A DNA stretch of 64,000 nucleotides from Centroscyllium fabricii (lineage: Eukaryota): positions 50,468,001 to 50,532,000 of the forward strand of contig JBNRSN020000006.1 of the NCBI GenBank assembly GCA_051313645.2, in the 5' to 3' direction. The translations under genes and the position numbers were made by a program. The notes under the pieces were generated by a model. The model did not search any database. It was not told where the DNA came from and was given only the letters and a program-made list of their open reading frames with translations. Shown here piece after piece: positions 51,094 to 63,196 of this stretch. Numbering within the stretch: the first letter of the stretch is position 1; each line of letters opens with the position of its first letter.

Positions 51094-51439
51094 TGTAAGG
51101 GCGGGAGTTAATAGGGGTATTGCTAAAATTGTAATTTTAGAATTTTCCCTCGATATGTCTGTTTCTTCCACCCCGCTAAGTGTATAACTGTACTGCATTC
51201 ATAGTGATTTTGTTTTGTATAATACTGTTTATCTCGTAGTTTTAGCTTCTGTTAATAAACATTGGTTTTCCTTGCACCAATCCACTGGTCTGTTCGTTGT
51301 CCTTGTTGCCACTCGATAAGCCCCGAGCTTAGAGTCCGAAAGGGGGTGAGGCGATTCGCACCCGCACAGCGGGCAGGGCAGCTCAGGAAAACGTAACTGG
51401 CTGACCTACTATAAGCCCCTGGAAACAAAATCCCTTACA
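51094..51439 (+). mobile_element. Solo LTR
   Basis: TGTAAGGG...CCCTTACA terminal inverted repeat; AATAAA at ~51254; no TSD. Confidence 0.7.
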
Positions 51440-51873
51440 ATACTTTAAAGAAAGGTAAGTATATTTTTAGCCCCGTCAGAAAAAATTATTAATTTTTTCC
51501 TGGGCCTGGTTAAAATGTGATTTAAAAAAAAATTAGTTGAAGATTTAGTGATGTTTTGGGGCTTGTAGTTTTCATACTTTTGACAGCTCTTCCTGTCAAA
51601 CTTATGAATGGAGCATTCTGTGCTCCGATTGGCTCTCCGTGGCCCACGTGATCCATCGCACTAACTGCGCTGCTGGGATACGCGAGCACAACGCGCCGGC
51701 AGTTGGAGCAGGCCCCACATCGGAATTCCACGCGGGCCCACAGCTCAACGGCCAGCGGGCAAGCTAAGCGCAGGTTGAAGGCTTGCGCCCGCGGGAAACC
51801 ACCAACTTGAATTTCTGGACAAATGCAAGAAGTCACACAACACCAGGTTATAGTCCAACAGTTTTATTTGAAA

Positions 51874-51910
51874 TCACAAGCTTTCGGAGCGCTGCTCCTT
51901 CCTCAGGTGA
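51874..51910 (-). ncRNA. Minimal type I hammerhead ribozyme motif (best-preserved copy)
   Basis: TCAC-CTGAGGA-A-GGAGC agc GCTCC-GAAA-GCTT-GTGA on the minus strand. Confidence 0.7.
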
Positions 51911-52235
51911 AAGAGAAATTCATTTAAAGACAGCATATATACAAGGGAGGGAGCAATCTAATCTCTTCCAACATCATCACACTTCAGCAGAGATATACAG
52001 AGCAGACAAAGGTGTTTTAACATATTTTAACATATTAATCAGGCACCAGTCTGAGATCAATGAGGTATAGTCACAAAGGGTCAAATGTTGCAGTTTTTAA
52101 CATATTAATTAACATATTAACATCTGTTAAAACACCTTTGTCTACACTGTATGTCTCTCTGCTGAGGTGTGATGTTAGAAGAGATTACACTGCTCCCTCC
52201 CTTGTATATGTGCTGTCTTTAAATGAACTTCTCTT

Positions 52236-52272
52236 TCACCTGAGGATGGAGCAGCACTCGGAAAGCTTGTGA
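52236..52272 (+). ncRNA. Degenerate hammerhead motif
   Basis: Core CTGAGGA and GAAA intact, but stem II mismatched (GGAGC/ACTCG). Confidence 0.5.
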
Positions 52273-53827
52273 TTTCAAATAAAACTGTTGGACTATAACC
52301 TGGTGTTGTGTGACTTCTTGCATTTGTCCACCCCAGTCCAACACCGGCACCTCCACATCTTGAATTTCTGGACCATTGTTGTTATCCATTTTGGTTAGGA
52401 CTGCATCACCCTTTACTCAAAAACTGGGATTTGAATGTATCCTCTTAATAAACGCTTTATTTTTTGCTCCCAATTTCCCACATGTTTAAAGTTCAGCTGT
52501 TCTGCTTGGCCAGATTGGTTGGTTAGTCGACTCACTGTCTATCATAGCTGACATCCAGTACAGATACACCCAATTACATGAGTTGCTTGTTTTCCCGTTA
52601 GCTGGTCCACAGTCAAATGGCAGTGAGTGTCACCGTGATTGACAACAAGTCTAGAACCTGCAAGCACTTAAGGAGCAGGTCAGCAATGTTTGAACTTAAA
52701 ATATCTGCAAGTTAGACGAAAAAAAATCTGCTTTTGCAAGGTGAGTAAATGCTAAGTAAATATATTCAAAATATATAATTTTAAAACTGAGGTCTATAAA
52801 GACGGCCCCCATGACATGACATGGCACAACCTATTTACCTACTAAACAAGAGTCCACACCAACCCTTTACTATTACTATTTCCATCACAAAACTTAGGCA
52901 AAATGCTTCCTGTGTTCAGCATCATCTGTGATGCATAAAGATCATATTTCAAAAGGATCGTTCCTTCATTCTCTGGTAATTTCATTATTATACATCTCTC
53001 TCACTCATAGTGTGCAATTACCAAGGGCATGCCATAGAGGAGGTGGATTATAAACTGCATCAAGGAGCAGAGTAGAACAAGTGGGCACTATGAGGTTCTG
53101 AGATTATAATAATATCAAAGAAATGCAATAAGGTTTTCTTTTTTAAAATTCCATATAATGTGAGTATAGTCTTTTCAGAAAAGGCTTCTCCGGTGCAGTG
53201 TAAGAGCTCCATATTCACTTTTTTTCTCTTCTTGGAAACTGAAAACCAGTAATCCCTTAAGAATGCAGCACAAATCAAAAGCTCAGGGTGAGATTAGCCT
53301 TGAAGAAAGGGAGAATTCTACAGCAGGCCCCTCAACACACTTCTAATGAATGGTGTATCATTACAGCTCCACATGGGATAGTGCTGCTGGCGAAAGACAG
53401 ACTGAAGGGGTGGGGGGTGGATATGTGGGAACAGTATGTGAAATCAGGGTACTGTGCTGAATCACTGACCAAATAACATTGGCTTAACCCTTACGCCCAT
53501 AAACGCCAAGTTACAAGGACTTAGGCCAGTGCTACCTCCATCACAAATCCTGTCGATAGGTCACTACGAGGCCAGAACAGTTTCTTCCACCTTTAGGAGT
53601 GAGACAGTCCTCAGATTCTGACTTTCTGTTTGGCTGAACCCAACCTGGCCTCAATTCCATTGAACTTGAACCCCAGTTCAAATGATTAAAAGCACTGAGC
53701 CACAGGGAAGAGCGAGAACTTGGCTCCACTATTTTCAAATGAGGCCATGGAGTTCTAAGATGCAGGGAAACTAGCAGCCCTCTGCCATTCACCATGACAT
53801 TAGTAGGTTCTTCAGCCATCTTCAAGT

Positions 53828-54197
53828 TGATTGAAACATATAGGATTCTGACGGGAATTCACAGGGTAGATGCTGAGAGGTTGTTTCCCCTGGCTGGAGT
53901 GCCTAGAACTAGAGGGCACAGTCTCAGGAGAAGGAGTCAGTCATTTAGGACTAAGATGAGGAGGAATTTCTTCACTCAGAGGGTTGTGAATCTTTGGAAG
54001 TCTCTACCCCAAAGGGCTGTGGATGTTCAGTCGTTGAGTATGTTCAAGCCTCAGGTCGATAGATTTTTGGACTCAAGGGGAATCAAGGGATATGGGGATA
54101 GGATAGGAAAGTGGAAGATCAGCTATGACCTTATTGAATGGTGTAGCATGCTCGAGGGGCCATGTGGCCCACTCCTGCTCCTATTTCTCATGTTCTT
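53828..54197 (+). mobile_element. CR1 LINE 3' fragment
   Basis: LIETYRILTG...TRGHSL...RRNFFTQRVVNLW. Confidence 0.85.
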
Positions 54198-55099
54198 ACA
54201 TTTGCAATCATATGCACTGCAGGATAAAAGACAAGGGAAAGTGGTTAGTTAATGCAGGGCGTGGGCCGCTGTACAAATTGTTCCTGTGTATGTGATATAA
54301 TGATATGTGTGATCTCCTGTTTATCACTAGTTTATCCAAGCACAGAATGCCCTTAAAAAACTTGTGAAGCAAGCAAGAATGATTGTGGGGCATAAGTTCA
54401 CAAATTTAACAAAAACATGAACCCCTTTTTACTTAACAACTTTATTTAATTAGCACATACAGGAATTTCACGCAACACTTTGACCAATGAATTAAAAATA
54501 GCTCAGAGCAATTTCTACAACTGTTGTGAATAAGTTATAGCGATTTTAATTTGATTGTTCATTATCGTGGGCACAATTCAGTTTTTATTGGTAAGTGCCT
54601 ATTATTGCCACTGTGAATTTCCTTAAGAAGGAGCCGTAAATCCCCTCCCGCACCCTCTGGTCCTCCAACTCTGGCCTTTTCTGCATTTCCCTTCCCTCGT
54701 TCCGCCAGCCTTCACCCTGCCTCATCCCTGTTCTCCCGAAACACACTCTAAGCCGCTCCACCTTGTGGCGGCACGCCCACTAGGACACCGAATCCGCCTC
54801 GGGAACACTGCGGGGCATAGCCCCGCCCATCGGGTGACGCGATGACGTCACCACGACTTCCGGCGTGATGAGGTCACCAACGGCGGGCCGTTTAAATAAG
54901 CCTGCTTCGAGTGGTTCACTCTCTTCTTGTATTACTGTGATGCATTAAACAAGTGTTTTCTCTGTCTCTCTGGCTCACGCGTGGTTCCTAGGCCCTGCCG
55001 GCGCTACAGTGGTGACCTTGACTTGGAACGACTTCCAAAGAAAAAAAGCTGCCGCAGGATCAAGGATCAACAGCCTAAGGACACTTAAAAAGGAAAAAC

Positions 55100-56758
55100 A
55101 TGGCTTCAAGAGCAAGGAACCAAGCTCCACGAACCCAAGGACTTGGCCAGAACTTCGGGCACAGACTCACCCTGCCAGAGTTCTGGGAGCAACGGCCAGC
55201 GGCCTGGTTCATGTGTATTGAAACCAGCTGCCGCACACACGGCATCCAGGGGGACGACCGCTACGACCTGGTCTTCTCAGCCCTACCGCAATCGACGATC
55301 GATCGGATGTGGTCCAAACTACAGCGTGTGCCCACGGCAGGCAGGTACGAGTTCCTCAAGGCCGCGCTCATAATTTTTTTTACACCCTCTCCATTTGAGC
55401 GCGACTGCCAGCTCCTTAACCTCCCCGAACTCGGGGACACAGACCCATCAGACCTTTGGGGTCAGATGCAAGCGCTCACCGCCGATCCCGCCTCCCTGTT
55501 CCGCACCGTTTTCCCCCTCAAACTACCCCGCTCCATCAGACCAGCCTTGGCGGCCCTTGGCCAGCGGAGCGGCGACGAGCTCGCTGAGGAAGCCGACAGG
55601 CTCATGGCGGCAGAGCGCACCCGCTCAACCACGTGCGACCCTAATGCCGCATCTATCGAGCGCAACCACTCGCCCCCCAGGCCCAACCTCATGCCTGAAC
55701 CTAGGGTCCCGCGCCCACCCAGGCAACCGCGTCCATCTAGTACCGGCTGGTGCCACTACCACACGCGGTTCGATAATAAAGTGCACCGCTGCGTCCAGCC
55801 ATGCGCATTTAAGCCACGGCCCACCCCAGCCCCCACTATGTCTGTAGGACACACAGGAGCACTGCTCTTTGTCACAGACACCGGCACAGGCCTCAGGTTC
55901 CTCTGCGACACAGGCGCACAGCACAGCATCGTGCCAGCCTCCCCTGCAGAAGCCAAACAAGGCACCCGGGGCCCGCCACTCGCAGCGGCCAACGGCTCCA
56001 ATATAAAAACGTACGGCACCCGCAAGCTCACTATTAGACTTGCAGGCCACACGTATAACTGGGACTTCGTCACAGCCCAGGTCACTTCACCCCTCCTCGG
56101 GGCAGATTTCCTCTGCGCCCACGGCCTGCTGGTCGATATGACCCGGCGCCGCCTGGTCGACATCAATAACATGTCGACCATCCCATGCTCCACAGGGCCC
56201 GCACGCCTGGCCCACGCGGCCGCCCAATGCCGCTCTCGGAACTCTGACGCCTATGGCACACTCTTAGCAGAGTTCCCCACCCTAACCAACCCCACGTTCA
56301 CTGCCCGCCGGGCCAAACACGGGGTAGAGCATTTCATAACCACCACCGGCCCTCCCGTCCATGCCCACGCCCGCAGGCTCGACCCGGCCAAACAGGAGAT
56401 CGCGCGCACCGAGTTCCGCACCATGGAGCAACTCGGTATAATCCACCGCTCCAACAGCCCCTGGGCCTCTCCCCTCCACATAGCCCCCAAGCCGGGCGGG
56501 GGTTGGCGCCCCTGCGGCGACTACCGCCGCCTTAACAACGCCACCACCCCGGATAGGTACCCCGTACCCCACATCCAGGATTTCTCCGCCAGGCTAGCGG
56601 GCTGCACGATCTTCTCCAAGATCGACCTGGTGCGTGGCTACCACCAGGTCCCGGTGCACCCGGCGGACATTCCTAAAACGGCCGTCATCACTCCCTTTGG
56701 ACTCTTCGAGTTTCTCAGGATGCCCTTCGGCCTTAAAAACGCGGCCTACGGGACTTGA
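55100..56758 (+). CDS. CsRn1-type Gag-protease-RT N-terminus (ends at a frameshifting deletion)
   Basis: LPEFW...PAAWF; CHCC motif CHYHTRF...HRCVQPC; protease LCDTGA; [19 protein letters not shown]. Confidence 0.85.
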   Translation: MASRARNQAPRTQGLGQNFGHRLTLPEFWEQRPAAWFMCIETSCRTHGIQGDDRYDLVFSALPQSTIDRMWSKLQRVPTAGRYEFLKAALIIFFTPSPFERDCQLLNLPELGDTDPSDLWGQMQALTADPASLFRTVFPLKLPRSIRPALAALGQRSGDELAEEADRLMAAERTRSTTCDPNAASIERNHSPPRPNLMPEPRVPRPPRQPRPSSTGWCHYHTRFDNKVHRCVQPCAFKPRPTPAPTMSVGHTGALLFVTDTGTGLRFLCDTGAQHSIVPASPAEAKQGTRGPPLAAANGSNIKTYGTRKLTIRLAGHTYNWDFVTAQVTSPLLGADFLCAHGLLVDMTRRRLVDINNMSTIPCSTGPARLAHAAAQCRSRNSDAYGTLLAEFPTLTNPTFTARRAKHGVEHFITTTGPPVHAHARRLDPAKQEIARTEFRTMEQLGIIHRSNSPWASPLHIAPKPGGGWRPCGDYRRLNNATTPDRYPVPHIQDFSARLAGCTIFSKIDLVRGYHQVPVHPADIPKTAVITPFGLFEFLRMPFGLKNAAYGT

Positions 56759-58887
56759 CGTTCATTTTCGTCTACCTGGACGACATCCTCGTGGCCAGCA
56801 CCTCCCCCCAGGAACACCTCCTGCACCTCAGGACCCTAGTCGAACACGGCCTCATATTAAGCCCTACAAAATGCAAATTTGGCCTCCAAATCATTGACTT
56901 CCTCGGCCACCGCATTTCTCAAACCGGGGCCATACCCCTGCCCTCCAAGGTGCAGGCGGTCCAGGAATTTCCCCGCCCGCACTCCATTAAAGGGCTGCAG
57001 GAATTTCTGGGGATGGTCAATTTTTACAACCGCTTTATCCCGGGAGCAGCCGCACTCATGGCCCCCTTATACCAGGCCACACGCGGGCAGCCCGGCAAAA
57101 CTGCGGTAGAGTGGACGGCCGACGCCGACACCGCCTTCACCGCAACCAAAACCGCCCTGGCTAACGCCACCCTCCTAGCCCACCCTAGGCCCAATGCCAG
57201 AGTAGCCCTCACCACTGACGCCTCCGACCACGCGGTCGGGGCCGTCTTTGAGCAGTGGACCGGCAACTCGTGGCAGCCCCTGGCCTTTTTCAGCCGGCAG
57301 CTCCGGCCCCCAGAGGTCAAGTACAGCGCCTTCGATAGGGAGCTCCTCACTCTCCATCTTGCAGTGCGACATTTTCGCTTCCTCTTGGAGGGCCGCCACT
57401 TTACAGCCTTCGTCGACCATAAGCCACTCACCTTCGCTATGGCTAAGGTCGCCGAACCCTGGTCGGCCAGGCAGCAGCGCCAGCTCGCGGCCGTGTCGGA
57501 GTTCACGACTGACATTCAACACATCTCCGGCCGCGACAACGTGGTCGCTGACTGCATCTCACGCCCCACTATTAACGCCGCCCAAATGGCGGTCGATTAC
57601 GCCCAGCTGGCAGCAGACCAGCTGGCCGACCCTGACCTGCTCAACCCTGCAGCAAACCTCCCCGGCCTCCACTTGGCCAAAATCGCGCATGGCCCCGCTG
57701 CCACCGTCGTCTGCTGCGACGTGTCCCTGCCGCAGCCCAGGCCCATCGTCCCCCACGCATGGAGGCGACACATTTTCAAGACCCTCCATGACCTGTCCCA
57801 CCCCGGCACCCGCGCGTCGATTAAACTAATCTCAGCCCGGTTCGTATGGCGCGGCCTGCGCAAAGACGTCCGCGCCTGGGCCAACTCCTGTATCGCCTGC
57901 CAGCGCTCCAAAGTGCACAAGCACATCAGGGCACTGCTGGAAATGTTTACAGTGCCGGCCAGACACATTGACCACGTCCATATCGACCTCGTCGGGCCAC
58001 TACCGCCATCCCGGGGCCACACACATGTAATGACCATGGTCGACCGCAACACTCGCTGGCCAGAAGCAGTCCCCCTCGCTGCCACCGGCACCACGGACTT
58101 GGCCAGGGCGTTCATCGCCACCTGGGTCGCCCATTTCGGCGTGCCCACTGACATCACGTCCGACAGAGGACCCCAGTTTACATCAGCACTATGGGCGGCC
58201 ATCGCCCGCGACCTCGGGGTAACCTTGCATCGAACCACCGCATACCACCCACAATCAAACGGGCTCTGCGAACGGTTCCACCGCTCCATGAAAACATCAC
58301 TGCGGGCCACCCTCAAAGATGCGTCATGGACCGACCGTCTCCCATGGGTACTCCTCGGGCTGCGCTCGGCAGTCAAAGAGGACCTAAACGCCTCGGCAGC
58401 AGAACTCGTCTACGGCCAAGCCCTAACAGTGCCGGGCGAATTCCTAGCCAAGCCAAACGCTCCCTGGTCAGCCGACCAGTACCTAAAGGACTTTGCCAAC
58501 CCGGCACGAGCGTTCCAACCACTACCAGTGGCCCGGCACGGAGAACCGGCAGCCCGCGTACCGGACGGCATTAAAAACTTGAAATTTGTGTTCGTCCGGC
58601 GCGACGGACACCGATCACCACTACAGCCACCATATGATGGCCCTTATAGAGTGCTTCGGGCGGGAGCTAAAGCTTTCCAGCTTCAAATGGGCAACAGAAC
58701 AGAAACTGTTTCAATAGACCGGCTCAAACCGGCACACGTTATAGCGGGCGAGACGACAGTCCCCGCACAACCACCGCAACGCGGACGCCCTCCCACAACA
58801 ACACCCGCCCACACTCCACCGCAGAACCAGGAACAATGCACAACACGGGCCGGCCGCATCATCCGGCCACCCCAACGGCTCACATAG
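56755..58887 (+). CDS. CsRn1-type Pol remainder: RT (YLDD), RNase H, integrase
   Basis: YLDD, TDAS, DRELL, DHKPL, HPG..CIAC, IDLVGP, SDRG, CERFH, GPY/F motif. Confidence 0.85.
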   Translation: MTFIFVYLDDILVASTSPQEHLLHLRTLVEHGLILSPTKCKFGLQIIDFLGHRISQTGAIPLPSKVQAVQEFPRPHSIKGLQEFLGMVNFYNRFIPGAAALMAPLYQATRGQPGKTAVEWTADADTAFTATKTALANATLLAHPRPNARVALTTDASDHAVGAVFEQWTGNSWQPLAFFSRQLRPPEVKYSAFDRELLTLHLAVRHFRFLLEGRHFTAFVDHKPLTFAMAKVAEPWSARQQRQLAAVSEFTTDIQHISGRDNVVADCISRPTINAAQMAVDYAQLAADQLADPDLLNPAANLPGLHLAKIAHGPAATVVCCDVSLPQPRPIVPHAWRRHIFKTLHDLSHPGTRASIKLISARFVWRGLRKDVRAWANSCIACQRSKVHKHIRALLEMFTVPARHIDHVHIDLVGPLPPSRGHTHVMTMVDRNTRWPEAVPLAATGTTDLARAFIATWVAHFGVPTDITSDRGPQFTSALWAAIARDLGVTLHRTTAYHPQSNGLCERFHRSMKTSLRATLKDASWTDRLPWVLLGLRSAVKEDLNASAAELVYGQALTVPGEFLAKPNAPWSADQYLKDFANPARAFQPLPVARHGEPAARVPDGIKNLKFVFVRRDGHRSPLQPPYDGPYRVLRAGAKAFQLQMGNRTETVSIDRLKPAHVIAGETTVPAQPPQRGRPPTTTPAHTPPQNQEQCTTRAGRIIRPPQRLT

Positions 58888-59615
58888 ACTTTTTTTATTC
58901 TCCCGGACAGATTCTGGGGGGGAGCTGTGTGGCGGCACGCCCACTAGGACTCCGAATCCGCCTCGGGAACACTGCGGGGCATAGCCCCGCCCATCGGGTG
59001 ATGCGATGACGTCACCACGACTTCCGGCGTGATGAGGTCACCAACGGCGGGCCGTTTAAATAAGCCTGCTTCGAGTGGTTGACTCTCTTCTTGTGTTACT
59101 GTGATGCATTAAACAAGTGTTTTTTCTGTCTCTCTGGCTCACGCGTGGTTCCTAGGCCCTGCCGGTGCTACAACCTCCCTATTTCTCTCAACCTTTAAAA
59201 GCCTTCTTAACAGCTGTTCTTTTCAGCCAAGCCCTTTGGTCATCTGTCCCACCATGGCTGTTCATTTATCCCTTTTGCCTATTTTTTTTCCTGTCATCTC
59301 TGTAGAGCTGCTCGGGACATTTTCTGCATTAAACACACTGTATAAGCGCTTTTTGTTGTTAAAGGAACAGCTTCAGGGAAGCTATCTTGGGAGGGGGAGA
59401 ACTGATGCGCTAATCAATCACGCCAGTCTTTCGTGGATCGTAATCAAAAGCTTTTATTCGCTAAGAACAAGACCTGGTCCGCGATGAGTCCTGCCCGGAA
59501 TGAGAGTCAGGTGGGCGGAGCATCCTCCTTTATACTCATACCCGGAGGCGGGGTCAGCTGGTCCAGGTGCTTACAGAAAGGAACAACTTTATTAGCACAA
59601 ACTATATACAATAAT

Positions 59616-60060
59616 CAGGGCCGGCCCTACCATATAAACGATGTAAACATTTGTTTAGGGCCCCCGATTTGAGAGGGCCCCTCATAGGCCTAAGTGTTTT
59701 CATTCTTAAATTATAGCCCATGATAGACATACATTGCCCCTGCACAATATTGTGCACAATGTACTGGTACATAACTGGTGCATAATTATATACTGGGTAC
59801 AGTAGGTTTTAGTGCCGGCAGAAGAAGCCCCCCTTGTGCTTGTGCACACATATCTACAGACACAAACAGAAAGGGCCCCCAAAATACCTTGTTTGGGGCC
59901 CCCAAAATACCTTGTTTGGGGCCCCCAAATACCTTGTTTGGGGCCCCCAAAATACCTTGTTTGGGGCCCCCAAATACCTTGTTTGGGGCCCCCAAAATAC
60001 CTTGTTTGGGGCCCCCAAAATACCTTGTTTGGGGCCCCCAAATACCTTGAGCCGGCCCTG
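59616..60060. mobile_element. hAT-superfamily MITE
   Basis: TIR CAGGGCCGGC / GCCGGCCCTG; 8-bp TSD ACAATAAT (59608-59615, 60061-60068). Confidence 0.92.
59872..60049. repeat. 21-22-bp tandem array (GGGGCCCCC[A]AAATACCTTGTTT) x ~8
   Basis: Directly visible; no spacers. Confidence 0.95.
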
Positions 60061-61109
60061 ACAATAATAACACAGTGTCAACTACACTAAATGGTTCACC
60101 ACAAGAACCCAATTGTGGAAAGACAATAGCAGGTTTCCTTGTTGCTGAACTACAATTACAACATCACAAATGGGTTAAAATTGCATTGTAAAATATCAGT
60201 TGCTATGAAATCCCTTCGTCTGCCATTTTATTTTAAGACTGCAAAGGAAGGTATTTCTTACCGACACAGTGATATGTTTGTTCCTGGTTCCACGCAACAA
60301 CCCAGAAGTATTAAACTGAACAGGTCTGATCCAAAAGGTGGTACAGACATCTACAGAGAGTGTTTCTGCTAGGATTTTAACCTGTTAAATCAAGTGCGGC
60401 AAAAGTTAAATCTTCTCTCACGAGTATCAAATATAACCCTATTTGAAGTGTTAGTACACTGCTCAAGTGATACCTGCTGTATTCATAGCTTTTTGGGGAG
60501 ATCATTTTGGAAATTTGCACTCCTTGGCTCAAAGCTTCACTCCCCAGGATCACACACCAGAAATTTGGGGCTGCTCTGTGTTCGCCACCACCCTCCCACC
60601 CACCCACCTACAATGTTCTACGTGCTACAATGAATGGACAGAAAGCTGTGCAGACCACAAATTAAACGTGCTGACACCCGTACCCAATACACAAGCTCAA
60701 GGAGCACATTCTGCTCCAGGATCGCTAAATCATAAAATGTGTCCCATTGTACATTTTAATCGTCAAGTGCTTGCGGGGAAAGTACATTGGGTATAGTTGA
60801 GCATACACTAGAGTTGAGGCAATTAATCTGGTAAACCCCTAGGAGTCTGCTGCTGAGTTCGTTTTAGTTCTTAATCAATAAGTGCAGAGCAATGTCCATC
60901 GGGTCTTTTCCAATATTTATTTCCCTTGTACTTCCTCAGTTGCTGTATCCTTAATTGTTTGCTGCGCCTGCAATAAATTGAACACCGTGAGACTCGAGCA
61001 GACAGAGGAATGTTGTATAACTGCATTAAGTACTCACCCAGCAATATTGCCAATGGTAAGTTATAGCTTTAAAAAAGTTGCCAGGATTGCCTTTGAAGTT
61101 TCAGGAATC

Positions 61110-61538
61110 TGTTTTAACACGGTACAGTGTGTGAAGCATCAGCCTTGCACCTCTGTGACCTGAGTTCAAATCCAGCCCAAATTGATGACGAGAAATTCTC
61201 CTCACTCTGACGGCTGTAGGGGTCTTGTATGAAGTGAGTCTGGGAAGTCTCAATTCAGTTGCTACTTGCCGTGGGCCTATTCTAAACTGGCATTAAACAG
61301 AAAGTTAGGGACCGCAGGACGACTGGTGTGGGAAATGGGAAAATGGGGTGCTCCTCTGTGTTTGGGGCAGGGCACCTTGTTGGGCCAGAGTCGAAGGAAC
61401 TTTATTTTGTATCTAACCGTGCTGTAACAGTAAAAAGGAGGTAATAATGAGATGTTTGCCACCCAAAGTGCCCGGGGCCCTGTATTATCGGGCGTGGAGG
61501 CCTGAGATCTAATCCACACCCAGCGCATTTAGCACAGT
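61110..61538 (+). mobile_element. LF-SINE-like ancient SINE
   Basis: GCCTTGCACCTCT...GTTCAAATCCAGCCCA...TCTGACGGCTGT...TGAAGTGAGT...GTCTCAATTCAGTT resembles the LF-SINE 5' half as I recall it. Confidence 0.5.
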
Positions 61539-62285
61539 GGCCCAGAAATTCGGGTCCCAACACGTGAGCACACGCTAGGTACTCACCCGTAGGCCCATCC
61601 AAAGTGCCGGTTTCGTGCATGCACAGCGCGTGCGCACGAAACCAGCACTTACGATCCCCTGACAGAAGGGTTCAGAGGTCGGAACGCGTGCGCACTGCAC
61701 TTCCGATTTTTTTAATAAGTTTCTGTGTCCGGGTAAGTATGAAAAAATTACGGCTGATATTTTAATGTGTAAAGCCTGGTTTTAACAAGGTAAGTGGTGA
61801 ATTAATTCAAATTAAAACACTTTTTCCAGAGGTTTATTATTTTTAAACACTTTAAAGAAAGGTAAGTTTATTTTTAGCCCTGTCAGAAAAAATAATTAAT
61901 TTTTTCAAAAATTTAAATTATTGTTTAAAATAGTTATTTAATGTAATTGATAGTTACTTTAAAAAATGTGATATTTAAAAAAAAAATTATTTGAAGATTT
62001 AGTGATGTTTTGGGGCTTGTAGTTTTCGTACTTTTGACAGGTCTTCCTGTCAAACTTATGAATGGAGCATTCGGTGCTCCGATTGGCTCTCAATGGCCCA
62101 CGTGATCCCATGCGATCCATCGCACTAACTGCGCCGCTGGGATACGTGAGCACAGCGCACCGGCAGTTGGAGGAGGTCCCGCATCGGAATTCCACGCGGG
62201 CCCACAGCTCAACGGCCGCCGCGCTAGGTAAGTGCAGGTTGGAGGCTTGCACACGCAGGAAGCCTCTGTCCCGAATTTCTGGGCC
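61539..62285. mobile_element. Harbinger-type MITE
   Basis: TIRs GGCCCAGAAATTCGGG / CCCGAATTTCTGGGCC. Confidence 0.85.
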
Positions 62286-63196
62286 AACGCAGGCCGGAAA
62301 CACAAGGCTCAGTATGTTCATGAGGTGTATTTTAAATAAGAAGTCATCCGTAACAGGCACCGAAGCACTGGTCAGATGTATAAATTTTTTTAAATGTCTC
62401 CTGCGTGGCACTCTCCTTGCAATATGACCATCCAGCGTTTATGTCTTTTCATTTGCTTGGTTTCCAGCAACCAATTTTTCAAAGAGGTCTTTGTATCCTA
62501 CGTTTTTTTTAATGGTGGTGGCATTTTTAGAGCAGCCAGAAGCCCTTTTATAGAAATTAGTGCCTGATATCATGGCCCCATGACCCATTTGACAATACCA
62601 GCGCTATCCACTCAGTGCTGGGAGTGCCACAAAAATATTTAAATAAATATCAGGCGAGGTCACCACAACTGGGGTACAGTTGCTGGCAGTGAGCAATTTG
62701 CTTCATTCTTGGTGCAGCCTCATTATTGGCCCCAAAGAGGCAAAGATTCGGCTTAACAGGCAGAATCCAGGCACAAGTTTCACTGAAAAATCCACTCCGC
62801 CTAGATCACTTCCTAATGCATCCCTGAGCTGTGACCTGCCACATCCCTGTTCAGATTTTACTTTTAATAGAGTTGCAACAGGCATTTTACATTGATCGCA
62901 GATCAGAGGGAAGTGAGTAGTTGGTTTCACATTTGCAGTAAAGAGTTGCATAGTGACTGGCAACAACTGAGAAATAACAGACATTAACAATGTAAGATCT
63001 GTAAGTTATTTGGCACACTGATGTTATCAACGTGAATTTCAACTGCAAGTGATTAAATGCTCTTGCAACACAATCAAGGCTTTTATCTAAAGCTTCACAT
63101 TAGTACACTGCAATTTTGCTCACTAATTCTCGATGACTTATAGCAGTTGAATGCTCTTACAGATTTGAGTTCAATTCCAATTACTTTAACACTGAC

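Larger units (their letters stand above)
51821..52358. mobile_element. Penelope-like element: inverted pseudo-LTR pair
   Basis: ~200-bp arms in inverted orientation; 15-bp TSD CTTGAATTTCTGGAC (51806-51820, 52359-52373); a hammerhead motif in each arm. Confidence 0.8.
51440..52374. mobile_element. Right half of a Harbinger MITE (family of 61539-62285), with a PLE insertion in its TIR
   Basis: 51440-51820 is colinear with ~61848-62285. Confidence 0.8.
54764..59172 (+). mobile_element. Full-length Gypsy LTR retrotransposon, CsRn1 clade
   Basis: 245-bp LTRs (54764-55008, 58928-59172) with about 6 differences; ACCT TSD; tRNA-Trp-like PBS TGGTGACC at 55010; G-rich PPT ~58915-58924. Inserted in an old L2 3' end. 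Confidence 0.95.
59403..60103 (-). mobile_element. Solo LTR interrupted by a hAT MITE
   Basis: TG...CA ends, 5-bp AGAAC TSD (59398-59402, 60104-60108), AATAAA on minus strand. Confidence 0.8.

Noticed and set aside
52601-52740. Exon-like segment with good acceptor (TTTTCCCGTTAG) and donor (AAG/GTGAGT)
   Set aside because: Stops in all three frames and no partner exons; at most non-coding and unsupported.
57024-58376. Long antisense and alternate-frame ORFs (up to 259 aa)
   Set aside because: Shadow ORFs of GC-rich Gypsy pol; the same applies to those opposite the LINE RTs and inside GC-rich MITEs.
59872-60049. CRISPR-like palindromic repeat array
   Set aside because: Units are contiguous with no unique spacers, there are no cas genes, and it lies inside a hAT MITE in vertebrate DNA.
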